Shown: positions 27,025-35,352 of the stretch, piece by piece
How positions within the stretch are numbered: the stretch's first letter is position 1
How the letters are laid out: every line of letters starts with the position of its first letter
NCBI GenBank assembly: GCA_948664205.1
Contig: CAPNDH010000003.1
Coordinates: 1,330 to 65,329, forward strand
Reading direction: 5' to 3'
Origin: an uncultured Clostridia bacterium
Lineage (GTDB): Bacteria > Bacillota > Clostridia > TANB77 > CAG-508
DNA length: 64,000 bases
Notes under the pieces: generated by a model
What the model was told of the DNA's origin: nothing
Seen by the model: the letters and a program-made list of their open reading frames with translations, nothing else
Database searches by the model: none
Made by a program: the position numbers and the translations under genes

Positions 27025-27053
27025 ATTATATCATTAAAATATAAGCTTGTCAA
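27025..27053 (-). promoter_or_regulatory. consensus sigma-A promoter (TTGACA-17-TATAAT) of the yabE-like gene
   Basis: The minus strand reads ttgaca (27053..27048), agcttatattttaatga (17 nt), then tataat (27030..27025). It lies about 30 nt upstream of RBS aaggagg. Confidence 0.7.
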
Positions 27054-27273
27054 ATTTTTGCAAAAATTTCAACCCCTTCGGCTACAAGGGTTTGCGAGAG
27101 TTTAACATAATTTTTAAAAGCTGTTATGTTCAAAAAAACAAGCCTTTACTATATTATATTCGGCTTGTACAAAAAAATGAATATTTCTTTTATTTTTTTG
27201 AATAATAGTATCATATAAAGAATTTTTTACATTTAAAATAGTAGTACTTAAAATACATAGAGTAATCTTTTGT

Positions 27274-27371
27274 ATTGATATATTAAAATAAAAATTAAAT
27301 GCCGACAGCCCTTTGAGGCGGGGGAATACCCGTGAGCTTGGAGGCTTTGATTTTTATTTTAATATATCAAT
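27274..27371. repeat. MITE-like element: 22-bp perfect terminal inverted repeats around a 54-bp GC-rich core
   Basis: attgatatattaaaataaaaat (27274-27295) pairs with atttttattttaatatatcaat (27350-27371). The core is taaatgccgacagccctttgaggcgggggaatacccgtgagcttggaggctttg. Only one copy is in the window. Confidence 0.7.
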
Positions 27372-27387
27372 ATGAAAGATGGTTTAT

Positions 27388-28182
27388 TTAACACATATTT
27401 ATTATTTTAAATACCTTTGTGGCATTTTTATACGTAGCATTCGCTACTTCTTCTAAGGTTATTCTTCTAAATTCTGCTATTTTTTCTGCTATATATTTAA
27501 CATTTCTACTATCATTTCTAGTTCCTCTTTTAGGCTCTGGAGCCAAATATGGGCTATCTGTTTCTATTAGCATTCTATTTAATGGAACCATATTTACTAT
27601 TTCTTCTGCATTTTTAGAGTTTTTGAAGGTTACTGGCCCTGCAAAAGATATGTAGAAACCTAACTCTAACCCTTGTTTTACAAGTTCTCTATTTAATGGG
27701 CAACAATGAAAAATACCTTTGTTATTTACAATGTTTTCTTTTATAATTTTTAGTGTATCATCAACTGCCTCTCTAGTATGAATTACTATTGGCATATTAT
27801 ATTTATTGGCAAGTTTAATTTGTTTTATAAAAACTTCCCTTTGTATATCTTTATTTTCCTTATTCCAATAATAGTCTAAGCCAATTTCTCCTATTGCTAC
27901 TATTTTCTTATTTGGGTCTTGTTTTATTATATTTTCTATTTTTTCTATCATTAAATCAACTTCGCTTAAACTTTCAGGAACATCATTTGGAGAAATTCCT
28001 ACTATTGAATATATAAAACTATGCTTATTTGATATTTTTAAACTTTCCTTTGAAGACTCTATATCATAACCTGCACATATAAATTTTGTAACACCCGAAT
28101 TATATGTTTCTTGTATTATTTGTTCTCTATCTTCATCAAATTTTTCATCATTATAATGCGAATGTGAATCAAAAAATTCCAT
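27388..28182 (-). CDS. tatD: TatD-family metal-dependent hydrolase/DNase
   Basis: MEFFDSHSHYN.. (HxH), ..GEIGLDYYW.., ..IHTREA.., ..ETDSPYLAP.. Confidence 0.92.
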   Translation of the reverse strand: MEFFDSHSHYNDEKFDEDREQIIQETYNSGVTKFICAGYDIESSKESLKISNKHSFIYSIVGISPNDVPESLSEVDLMIEKIENIIKQDPNKKIVAIGEIGLDYYWNKENKDIQREVFIKQIKLANKYNMPIVIHTREAVDDTLKIIKENIVNNKGIFHCCPLNRELVKQGLELGFYISFAGPVTFKNSKNAEEIVNMVPLNRMLIETDSPYLAPEPKRGTRNDSRNVKYIAEKIAEFRRITLEEVANATYKNATKVFKIINMC

Positions 28183-28196
28183 ATATTTCTCTCCTT

Positions 28197-28305
28197 CCGC
28201 ACGGTAAGGACGGTCCTTTCCGTTCCGAATTCGTAAACGCCAGGGGACACTCCTTTATTTTGGTAATTTCTTCGAATGGTAGGGTCGCCCTAGCCGACCC
28301 CTACA
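28197..28305. repeat. repeat family B variant between acpS and tatD
   Basis: ccgcacggtaaggacggtcctttccgttcc...ggtaatttcttcgaatggtagggtcgccctagccgacccctaca. The ccgcac end abuts the tatD RBS. The cctaca end contains the acpS stop codon. Confidence 0.75.
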
Positions 28306-28672
28306 ATTTTATTATACAGTTTGCAACTGCATAATCTTTTATATGTGATAAGCTAATATCAATTTCTATTTCCTTATCTATTTTTTCTTTATTTAATGTC
28401 ACATATGGTCTTCCTTGCTCATTATTTAATATTTCCATATCTAACCATGTTAAATCGTATTTATTATTTAGTATTGGAGATATTGCCTTAAATATTGCTT
28501 CTTTTCCTGCAAACCTTGCTGCATAGTGTTCGAATTTTTTTATGTTTTTACTTTCACAGTATTGTATTTCATTTTTTGTATATACTTCATTTAAAAATTT
28601 ATCTCCTAATTTTTCTATTGCTTTTTTTATTCTCTGTACTTCTATTATATCTGTTCCACAGGTTATATTCAT
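28301..28672 (-). CDS. acpS: holo-[acyl-carrier-protein] synthase
   Basis: GTDIIEVQRIKKAIEK.., ..ARFAGKEAIFKA.. I place the start at ATG 28672 (RBS ggagggg). The track's upstream 17 codons lie in a repeat. Confidence 0.9.
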   Translation of the reverse strand: MNITCGTDIIEVQRIKKAIEKLGDKFLNEVYTKNEIQYCESKNIKKFEHYAARFAGKEAIFKAISPILNNKYDLTWLDMEILNNEQGRPYVTLNKEKIDKEIEIDISLSHIKDYAVANCIIKL

Positions 28673-28680
28673 TTTCCCCT

Positions 28681-28751
28681 CCGCACATAAATATTTTAAG
28701 GGCGTAATTCGGTAAATTCTCATTGGTATTCCTTACCGATTTAGCCCCTAC
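28681..28751. repeat. repeat family B variant upstream of acpS
   Basis: ccgcacataaatattttaagggcgtaattcggtaaattctcattggtattccttaccgatttagcccctaca. Related tail ttcttaccgatttagcccc is at 60655-60675. Confidence 0.7.
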
Positions 28752-28825
28752 ATCTATTTCTAATTTTCTACTATATCTAGTTTTATATATAATTTCCTAT
28801 GTTTTTTATAATAATTTTTTGAATT

Positions 28826-30337
28826 TTATTTTGTATAATAATTTGCATTTATATCTTCTGATAAATGATATTGTCCAATAAAGTCTATAACTAAATTATT
28901 TTCTAACTTATATTTTGGTTCTACTATTACTTTTCCTGTTTGGTCTATTGCTCCCCATTTTCCATCTTTTTTTACTGCTGAATATCCATATTTATTTTGT
29001 TCTGTTGCATCATCATAAATATAGTCTACTATAACTATTCCTTTATTATTTACATATCCGTATTTTCCATCTTTTTTGCTTAAGAATAATGTTCCTGTTA
29101 ATATTTCTGAGCTTTCTTTTTGTTCTAATTTGAAGTTGTAATATTTATAATCTTCTCCTACTCTTATACGTATATAATTCTTTTGCGTATTAATTTCTGA
29201 TATTATTCCTGTTGCCTTTAAATTAAAATCTCTGCTATATAAATCTGTTTCAGCATTTTCTTTTTGTGCTCTTATAAAATCTGCTTGTGAAACATACTCT
29301 ATATATTCATAATTAAATGGTATTTTTTCTTCATTTTGTATTGTTATAATTCCATATTTGCCCGCTTTTTTAGCAATATATGTGTCTGTAAATGCAAATG
29401 TTAAATCATCATATGTAGCTTCTATTTTTGTTTCTCCTGAAAGTGTAGAAACTCCATATTTACCTGCCTTTTTAATAACTACATTGTTAGAATTTATTTG
29501 TTTTACTTCTTCAAAACCTTCTTCTAAATATGTATTACCTTGTGAATCAACTATCTTTTGTTTTCCATTATCCTTTACTACATAACTATTGTTTCCATAT
29601 ACATTTTTTATTTCATCATATTTTGTTTCTAAAACTATTTCTTTACTTGTAGATATTACACCATATTTCCCATTTTCTGCTTTTACTATAAATCCATCTT
29701 CATACTTGTTTGTTAATGATGTAATTTCATTATAAGAATTTTCTATAATAATATTTCCTATATTATCTACTAAGCCTTGTTTTCCTTCTTTAACTGTTAT
29801 ATAGGCATTTTTAGTTCCAATAATTGCTTTTATTTCATCATATGAGCATGCTAATAATTCTTTTCCTTCTAAATTAATTAAACCATATTTTCCATCTTTT
29901 TGAACTTTTAATACATTTGCTTCATACCATAAATTATTTGATTTATCATTATTGTATATAACCTCTACTTTATTGTAGTCTTTATATAATTCTTGCTTTT
30001 TTTCATTATATACTTTTGTTTCAAATGTACTTGTTTCATAATTTACATTTGAAGTACATATAAATATAGGTTTTGTATTATCTGGTATAATTATCATTTC
30101 TTCATATGTAGGTTCTATTATTACTTTTTGGTTTGTATCTATAACTCCCCATTTTCCATTTTCATATATTGTATAATACCCTATTGGGAATACCTTGTCA
30201 TTTATAGAGCTATCATTATTTAATAATTTTTTTATTCCTACTACAAACATAATAATTACTAGTATTGCAATTATTACTGATATTACTTTTTTTATATTTA
30301 GCTTTGGTTCAGTATCATATCTTTTACCACGACTCAT
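28826..30337 (-). CDS. WG-repeat (KWG) protein with an N-terminal membrane anchor
   Basis: More than 10 copies of the G(K/Q)(W/Y)G(V/L/Y)I(D/N/S).. motif (GKWGVID, GKYGLINLEG, GKYGVIS, GKYGYVNNKG, GKWGAIDQTG). Confidence 0.8.
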   Translation of the reverse strand: MSRGKRYDTEPKLNIKKVISVIIAILVIIMFVVGIKKLLNNDSSINDKVFPIGYYTIYENGKWGVIDTNQKVIIEPTYEEMIIIPDNTKPIFICTSNVNYETSTFETKVYNEKKQELYKDYNKVEVIYNNDKSNNLWYEANVLKVQKDGKYGLINLEGKELLACSYDEIKAIIGTKNAYITVKEGKQGLVDNIGNIIIENSYNEITSLTNKYEDGFIVKAENGKYGVISTSKEIVLETKYDEIKNVYGNNSYVVKDNGKQKIVDSQGNTYLEEGFEEVKQINSNNVVIKKAGKYGVSTLSGETKIEATYDDLTFAFTDTYIAKKAGKYGIITIQNEEKIPFNYEYIEYVSQADFIRAQKENAETDLYSRDFNLKATGIISEINTQKNYIRIRVGEDYKYYNFKLEQKESSEILTGTLFLSKKDGKYGYVNNKGIVIVDYIYDDATEQNKYGYSAVKKDGKWGAIDQTGKVIVEPKYKLENNLVIDFIGQYHLSEDINANYYTK

Positions 30338-30440
30338 AAATTTTCTCCTTATTATGGTTTTGTGCTTATACTATATCATAAATTAGGTACAAAAAACAAG
30401 TATTATAACTTAAAATATTATATTTTACTATAATAGAAAC

Positions 30441-30470
30441 GAACAACTGTGAGTTTTATCACAGTTGTTC
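30441..30470 (-). terminator. rho-independent terminator
   Basis: Stem gaacaactgtga / tcacagttgttc with a 6-nt loop, just downstream of ORF 30478..30909. Confidence 0.65.
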
Positions 30471-30477
30471 ATTTTTC

Positions 30478-30909
30478 TTATTTCCATCTTTCTTCCCAAC
30501 GGCTTAACAATAATGTAAACATATTTTCACTATATTGACAGCCTATATATTGCTCCCAGAAATCTTTGCATAATTCATCTTCCATTGGATATGTAGCATT
30601 TGCATCTATATCTATATTTATAAAATGATATTTTAGATACTCACCTTCACTATCTACACATGTTGAGAAAAACGATATTAATGTAAATACTTCTTCTTTG
30701 GTAGAAATAATAATTAAAATCTCATTAATTGATATTTCTTCAATTAATGTTTCAATTTCATTTTGGCAAGCATTTACTCTTCTCAGCCAAAATTTATAAT
30801 CTTCACTTTCGATATCATTTTTAAACCATCTTCGTTGTGTTTGTTCATATGCAATGTAATAACTTTTGCATAAACTTTTGAAATAGCTTTGTACGTTGTA
30901 TGTATTCAT
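30478..30909 (-). CDS. hypothetical cytoplasmic protein (143 aa)
   Basis: ORF with RBS ggagggt. I recognise no motif. Confidence 0.5.
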   Translation of the reverse strand: MNTYNVQSYFKSLCKSYYIAYEQTQRRWFKNDIESEDYKFWLRRVNACQNEIETLIEEISINEILIIISTKEEVFTLISFFSTCVDSEGEYLKYHFINIDIDANATYPMEDELCKDFWEQYIGCQYSENMFTLLLSRWEERWK

Positions 30910-31044
30910 CCTGTACCCTCCTATAAAGTTATTTACTTCTACTATAGTTACTGCTTTGCATTATATCATATTGTTTTACATAAATCAATACAAAGCATTT
31001 AATTTTACGCAATTTTTATTAAGTAATATTGGGCAGTTTGTTAC

Positions 31045-31215
31045 AAAAATGATGACGCAAAAGGGACAGATGACGCATTGGAAAAACAGAATTAAAAATT
31101 TCTACGCAATGCAAATTGCTAGAAATTCTAAATTCTGTAATAACTATCTTCTAAGGAAAGTCATCATACTATGATAACTTTCTAAGAAGATAGAAAACAT
31201 CCCCAACGCGTCATC
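31045..31215. repeat. repeat family E copy split by a ~110-bp nested insertion carrying a family A-like hairpin
   Basis: The left half atgacgcaaaagggacagatgacgcattgg and the right half aaaacatccccaacgcgtcatct match the contiguous copy at 17508-17563. The insert contains ctatcttctaaggaaagtcatcat / atgataactttctaagaagatag. Confidence 0.75.
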
Positions 31216-33682
31216 TATTATTAATTTTTGCTACTATTACTGTCATGTCGTCTTTTGGTATTCCGTAGTTATTGTCTATGGCTTCTTGCAGAATAATGTC
31301 TGCTATTTTTTGTGGGTCGTCGGTTTCTAGTTCTTCTAGTAAGAATTTTAGCCATAGTTCTTTGTTTGTGTATTCTTCTGATGATTCTAGTATTCCATCG
31401 CTACACATTACTAGTATATCTCCATCGTTTAAGTCTTTATCATATACTACTAAGTCTATATCATTTAATATTCCTGTTGGTAGTGATAGTGATTTTAATA
31501 CTTGTACATTTCTTTTATTTTTAACAAATGTTGGACATGCTCCATTTTTTATAAATTCTAGGTTTTTAGCGTATAAGTCAAATATTGCTATATCTAATGT
31601 TGCATACATATCTTCTTCATTTATTGCTCCTAAACTTGCGTTTATTAAACGTAATGATGTGTCTTTATCAAAACCTGATGATAGTAGTTTATTAAGCATT
31701 GCTATTGCCATATTACTACTTTTTCTTGCTTCTTTTCCTGAACCCATTCCATCACTTATTGCTACTAGGTATTTTCCATCCTCTAGCCTTGTTTGTATAC
31801 TGCTATCTCCTGAAGATATTGAACCCTGCTTTGTAGCTTTTGCTATTCCTATTTGCATTTGTTGTTTATCTTCTGATATAAATGTATATAAGCATTTTTC
31901 TTTATTTAGCCTCAAACCACATTCTTGTTTTTCTAAAACCATATTTTGCCCTAAAGCTTTTGATATTATTTTTGTCATTTTTTTAATATTGCACATTGGT
32001 TTTTCCACATTTTCACATGTGCTTGTGTATAAGTCTAATTTTATTCTTCCTGAAGCTTCTTTTGCTATACTTATTTGTGCTGGGTTTAAATCAATTTCTT
32101 TTAGAAGTTCTTTTATTTCTTCTTTCTTTTCTAAATATTCATCTTCTTCTTTGGCTTCTATATTTTCTGCAAGTGCTCCTATTGCTTTTGAAACTTCTTC
32201 TAATTGATTTGATACTGCTTTTTTATTTTCATCTAACTTTTTCTTCCATATAAAATTTAGTTTGCTTACTCTATATGAATAGTTAATAATTTTTACTATT
32301 TTTAATATATCTTCTTTTGTTTCATCTGTTAAAATTATGTAGTTATTGTGTTTAGCTAATATTTCTATTAAGTCTTTTTCTACTATCATTTCTTTTTCTA
32401 GAAGTAAGTCGAATATGTCTTCTATTAAACCTTCTTCTGGTGAATAAATATCATCAAATAGAATATTATCTTCTATACCTTCTATATTACTTTGAAGTTC
32501 TTTTTCAAATATTTTGAAGTTATCTTTTTCTTGTTGTTTTAGTTCCTCTTCATCTACTATTGTTGCTGCTGCTTCTTTATAACTTTTAGCTATCTCTGAA
32601 AGTGTTTCGGACATTGCTTCTAATTTATATACTGCTTCTTTATTTTCTTCTAAATTTCTCCCTATACTTTCTGGAAGTAACATAGGCTCACTTATTACAT
32701 CTTCTATATTTATTTTTACTTTTTTTGGAACTGCTAAAAGCCCAAGTGCTGCTATTAATATTTCTTGTAATTTTATTATTTCTACTGTATTTCCATTTGC
32801 TACATATGCCAGAGCTACATTTCCTAGTATAAAGCCTATTATTACTCCTATTTTTCCGAATTTACTAAATATTCCTGCTATCATTCCTGAAAGTGCATAT
32901 GATGCTACCATGTCTATTTCACCTGCACCTATTACTCCTAATACTGTTCCTACTGTTATACCTGCAGTTGCTCCCACAAGTATTCCATTTTTCCAACCCA
33001 TTATTAAAACTATTAATATGCATAATATGTTTTTTACTGAATAACCGAATATTGCAAAATTACCTATACATGATACTGCTATCCCTAAAAGCAGGCTTGC
33101 ACCCATTACTTCTTCAATAGAATATACATTTCCTTTTCCTAGCTTATTAATTACTGGTATAGCATTTGCAAATATTTTGTAGAAAATAAATATACATATG
33201 CTATTCATTACTTGTACTAAAATATCATATACTACTATTTCGTTTTTGAATATTAGTTTTGAGCCACCTATAATTAGGCTAAATAGGAATACTCTTAAAC
33301 CTAATTTTCTTTGTTCATTATTTTCGCTACTATATTTAGGTGGCTTTATTAACACACTAAATAATAACATTAGAGATATTAATATGTAATTTAAAGTACT
33401 TGTCCCACCAAATGATATTAAATTTGCAGTTCCTATTACTAAAAATGGTATACCTATTGGCAAACTATTACTTAGTATTGCACAAAGCATTGCTATTCCA
33501 AATGGTGCTAAATCTTCGTTTACCCAAAATGATACTAGTGATACCATAAATGATATTATATATAGTAAAACCTTTTGTTTTGTAAAAGATTTTTTTATTA
33601 TTTCTTTTATTGTTTCACTTCTATTTACTTGTTCATAGGTATTTTGATTTTCTTCAAAATTTCTTTCTATGTTTTGAAACAT
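31211..33682 (-). CDS. spoIIE: stage II sporulation protein E (PP2C-type phosphatase with a 10-TM N-terminal domain)
   Basis: Polytopic N-terminus and a central regulatory region. The C-terminal PP2C domain reads AISDGMGSGKEARKSS..., ..DIAIFDLY.., ..VMCSDGILES.., ..DDMTVIVAKI. I place the start at ATG 33682 (RBS gaggtg). Confidence 0.9.
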   Translation of the reverse strand: MFQNIERNFEENQNTYEQVNRSETIKEIIKKSFTKQKVLLYIISFMVSLVSFWVNEDLAPFGIAMLCAILSNSLPIGIPFLVIGTANLISFGGTSTLNYILISLMLLFSVLIKPPKYSSENNEQRKLGLRVFLFSLIIGGSKLIFKNEIVVYDILVQVMNSICIFIFYKIFANAIPVINKLGKGNVYSIEEVMGASLLLGIAVSCIGNFAIFGYSVKNILCILIVLIMGWKNGILVGATAGITVGTVLGVIGAGEIDMVASYALSGMIAGIFSKFGKIGVIIGFILGNVALAYVANGNTVEIIKLQEILIAALGLLAVPKKVKINIEDVISEPMLLPESIGRNLEENKEAVYKLEAMSETLSEIAKSYKEAAATIVDEEELKQQEKDNFKIFEKELQSNIEGIEDNILFDDIYSPEEGLIEDIFDLLLEKEMIVEKDLIEILAKHNNYIILTDETKEDILKIVKIINYSYRVSKLNFIWKKKLDENKKAVSNQLEEVSKAIGALAENIEAKEEDEYLEKKEEIKELLKEIDLNPAQISIAKEASGRIKLDLYTSTCENVEKPMCNIKKMTKIISKALGQNMVLEKQECGLRLNKEKCLYTFISEDKQQMQIGIAKATKQGSISSGDSSIQTRLEDGKYLVAISDGMGSGKEARKSSNMAIAMLNKLLSSGFDKDTSLRLINASLGAINEEDMYATLDIAIFDLYAKNLEFIKNGACPTFVKNKRNVQVLKSLSLPTGILNDIDLVVYDKDLNDGDILVMCSDGILESSEEYTNKELWLKFLLEELETDDPQKIADIILQEAIDNNYGIPKDDMTVIVAKINNR

Positions 33683-33952
33683 CCTTATCACCTCATACTT
33701 TTAATCTTTTGATTTTTTTCTTTTGTTATTTTAATACAGTCTTTTCTAATTTTTTGTCGTAATTAAGTATGAAATTAAAAAAGTTTTTTACAATTTGTGA
33801 TATATTTTTCTATTTATATATTTTATTGTTTATTATTTTTCAAAAGTTTTATTTATTTTATCGCAAAATGGGGGAAATTACAAGGGAAATACAAAAAAAT
33901 ACCCGTTATTGGGTATTTTTTGCATTTTACATTTCAATTTAATAATTATATA

Positions 33953-34699
33953 TTATTTATACCATACTTCAACTTTAGCTGAATTCTTATAATTAGTCCC
34001 ATTAACGAAAAAGTCCACTATATTTAGTTTAGATTTAGAGATCCTTATATTGTGCCAATACATCTTTCCATTGTAATTACCTTGTACTATGCATTCTCCT
34101 CCATCTGTTAAAGCATCATAAATTACATGATATTGTTCTGCATAACCTCCCCCACTTACCTTTACAATTAATTCTATAAATTCATTTGGTAATGTAATTT
34201 CTTCTGTTCCTATTACATATCCATTCTCATTCATCATATATTTTTTCCACTCGCATAATGTATTTTGAGTATTGTTAGCAACTTTTACTCCATTTATGCT
34301 TGCTAATTGTAGTGACGAATTTATTTCGAATTCATATGGATATTTGCTTAACTTTGTATATATTGATGTTGGATTCTCACTTGGTACATCATATTCAGTA
34401 CTTGCTACTTTGCTTGTTTCAGTTACATATTCTATTTCATTATCATTGCCTAATATTAATGATAGTTCTTTTAGCGTTGGCATCTCTTGCTTTTCTGCAT
34501 ATTTATTCATTTGTGCAGTTGTTATTTTTAAATTTATTATTTCTGTGGCTGTTTGTTTATTTGTTAGCTCTTTTGCTTCATTTGCACGATTAAATATTCC
34601 ATTATTACTTAAACCCAAATATATTGCTACACTTGCTAATATTATTAGTATTATTATTGTTATTACTAATGAAATTAATGTTATTCCTTTATTCTTCAT
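33953..34699 (-). CDS. protein with a prepilin-type (class III) N-terminal signal; orphan pilin-like protein
   Basis: The N-terminus MKNKGITLISLVITIIILIILASVAI resembles the type IV pilin leader plus hydrophobic helix (G/ITLI.LV), but has Ser instead of Glu at +5. No pilus machinery is nearby. Confidence 0.5.
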   Translation of the reverse strand: MKNKGITLISLVITIIILIILASVAIYLGLSNNGIFNRANEAKELTNKQTATEIINLKITTAQMNKYAEKQEMPTLKELSLILGNDNEIEYVTETSKVASTEYDVPSENPTSIYTKLSKYPYEFEINSSLQLASINGVKVANNTQNTLCEWKKYMMNENGYVIGTEEITLPNEFIELIVKVSGGGYAEQYHVIYDALTDGGECIVQGNYNGKMYWHNIRISKSKLNIVDFFVNGTNYKNSAKVEVWYK

Positions 34700-34894
34700 T
34701 TGTTTTCCTCCTTGTTTTATTATTTTAACCTTTATTCTATTAATTTATTATAAAATAAAATTAAAATTTCTAGAAGTAACTTATCCGTAAACATTAATTT
34801 TAGGAATTACTTCAAATTAATGTTATACATCTCTAATATTATTTATACTTATTTGTTTTTTATTTGTTTGTCATTTCATAAATATTTTATCACT

Positions 34895-34938
34895 AAGTTA
34901 TACACTAGTCAAGTTATATATTAGTTAATTTATAACTT
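34895..34938. promoter_or_regulatory. operator-like repeats upstream of the XRE gene
   Basis: aagttata occurs at 34895 and 34911 and is inverted as tataactt at 34931. All lie in the divergent spacer between the pilin-like gene and the XRE gene. Confidence 0.35.
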
Positions 34939-34970
34939 GTTTTTAGTTAAAATAATATAGAGGTGTTAAT

Positions 34971-35171
34971 ATGGTATTTCTAAATGTTAAAGACATATTA
35001 GCTAAAAAGAATAAATCTAAATATTGGTTAGTACAACAAATGGAAAGTGATTGGCAATCTATTTCTGCAATGATGAATAATGAAACTAAAGGAATTAAGT
35101 ATGATACTTTAGAAAAGCTGTGTAAAATTCTTGAGTGTACTCCTAATGATATTTTTATTTTTAAAGACTGA
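34971..35171 (+). CDS. small XRE-family helix-turn-helix regulator (YozG/HTH_26-like)
   Basis: 66 aa. ..KSKYWLVQQMESDWQSISAMMNNETKGIKYDTLEKLCKILECTPNDIF.. is the typical pattern of this family. Confidence 0.8.
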   Translation: MVFLNVKDILAKKNKSKYWLVQQMESDWQSISAMMNNETKGIKYDTLEKLCKILECTPNDIFIFKD

Positions 35172-35179
35172 TATGTTAT

Positions 35180-35299
35180 AAAAAACAAGAATAAAATTTT
35201 CTAAGCTCATTCTTCGCTAAGAAAATCTAATTCTTCCATAACTATCTTCTAAGGAAACTCCCCACTAACGCAGATGACTTTCCTAAGAATATAAAAAAG
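35180..35299 (+). repeat. repeat family A, reference copy
   Basis: aaaaaacaagaataaaattttctaagctcattcttcgctaagaaaatctaattcttccataactatcttctaaggaaactccccactaacgcagatgactttcctaagaatataaaaaa. Confidence 0.85.
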
Positions 35300-35304
35300 T
35301 AGAA

Positions 35305-35330
35305 GGAGAAGTAACTTTATTTACTTCTCC
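35305..35330. terminator. bidirectional terminator
   Basis: Stem ggagaagtaa / ttacttctcc, T-rich on both sides, between the XRE gene (+) and the adhesin gene (-). Confidence 0.65.
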
Positions 35331-35352
35331 CCTTATTTTTATTTAGTTAATA

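Noticed and set aside
27060-27385. Possible c-di-AMP (ydaO-type) riboswitch upstream of the yabE-like cell-wall gene, suggested by GCGGGGGAAUACCC-like sequence.
   Set aside because: The G-rich motif is on the plus strand, antisense to the gene. A consensus promoter lies at 27025-27053, downstream of it and only about 30 nt from the RBS. Two terminator hairpins intervene. The overall pattern does not match my recollection of the ydaO consensus.
28673-28723. N-terminal extensions in the ORF track for acpS (to 28723), the M16 peptidase (to 62526), murE (to 10532), ftsW (to 7882), the response regulator (to 20446), pilin paralogs 2 and 3, and spoIIE (to 33691).
   Set aside because: In each case an internal ATG has a well-spaced Shine-Dalgarno sequence. 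The extra codons run into repeat elements or into the upstream gene.
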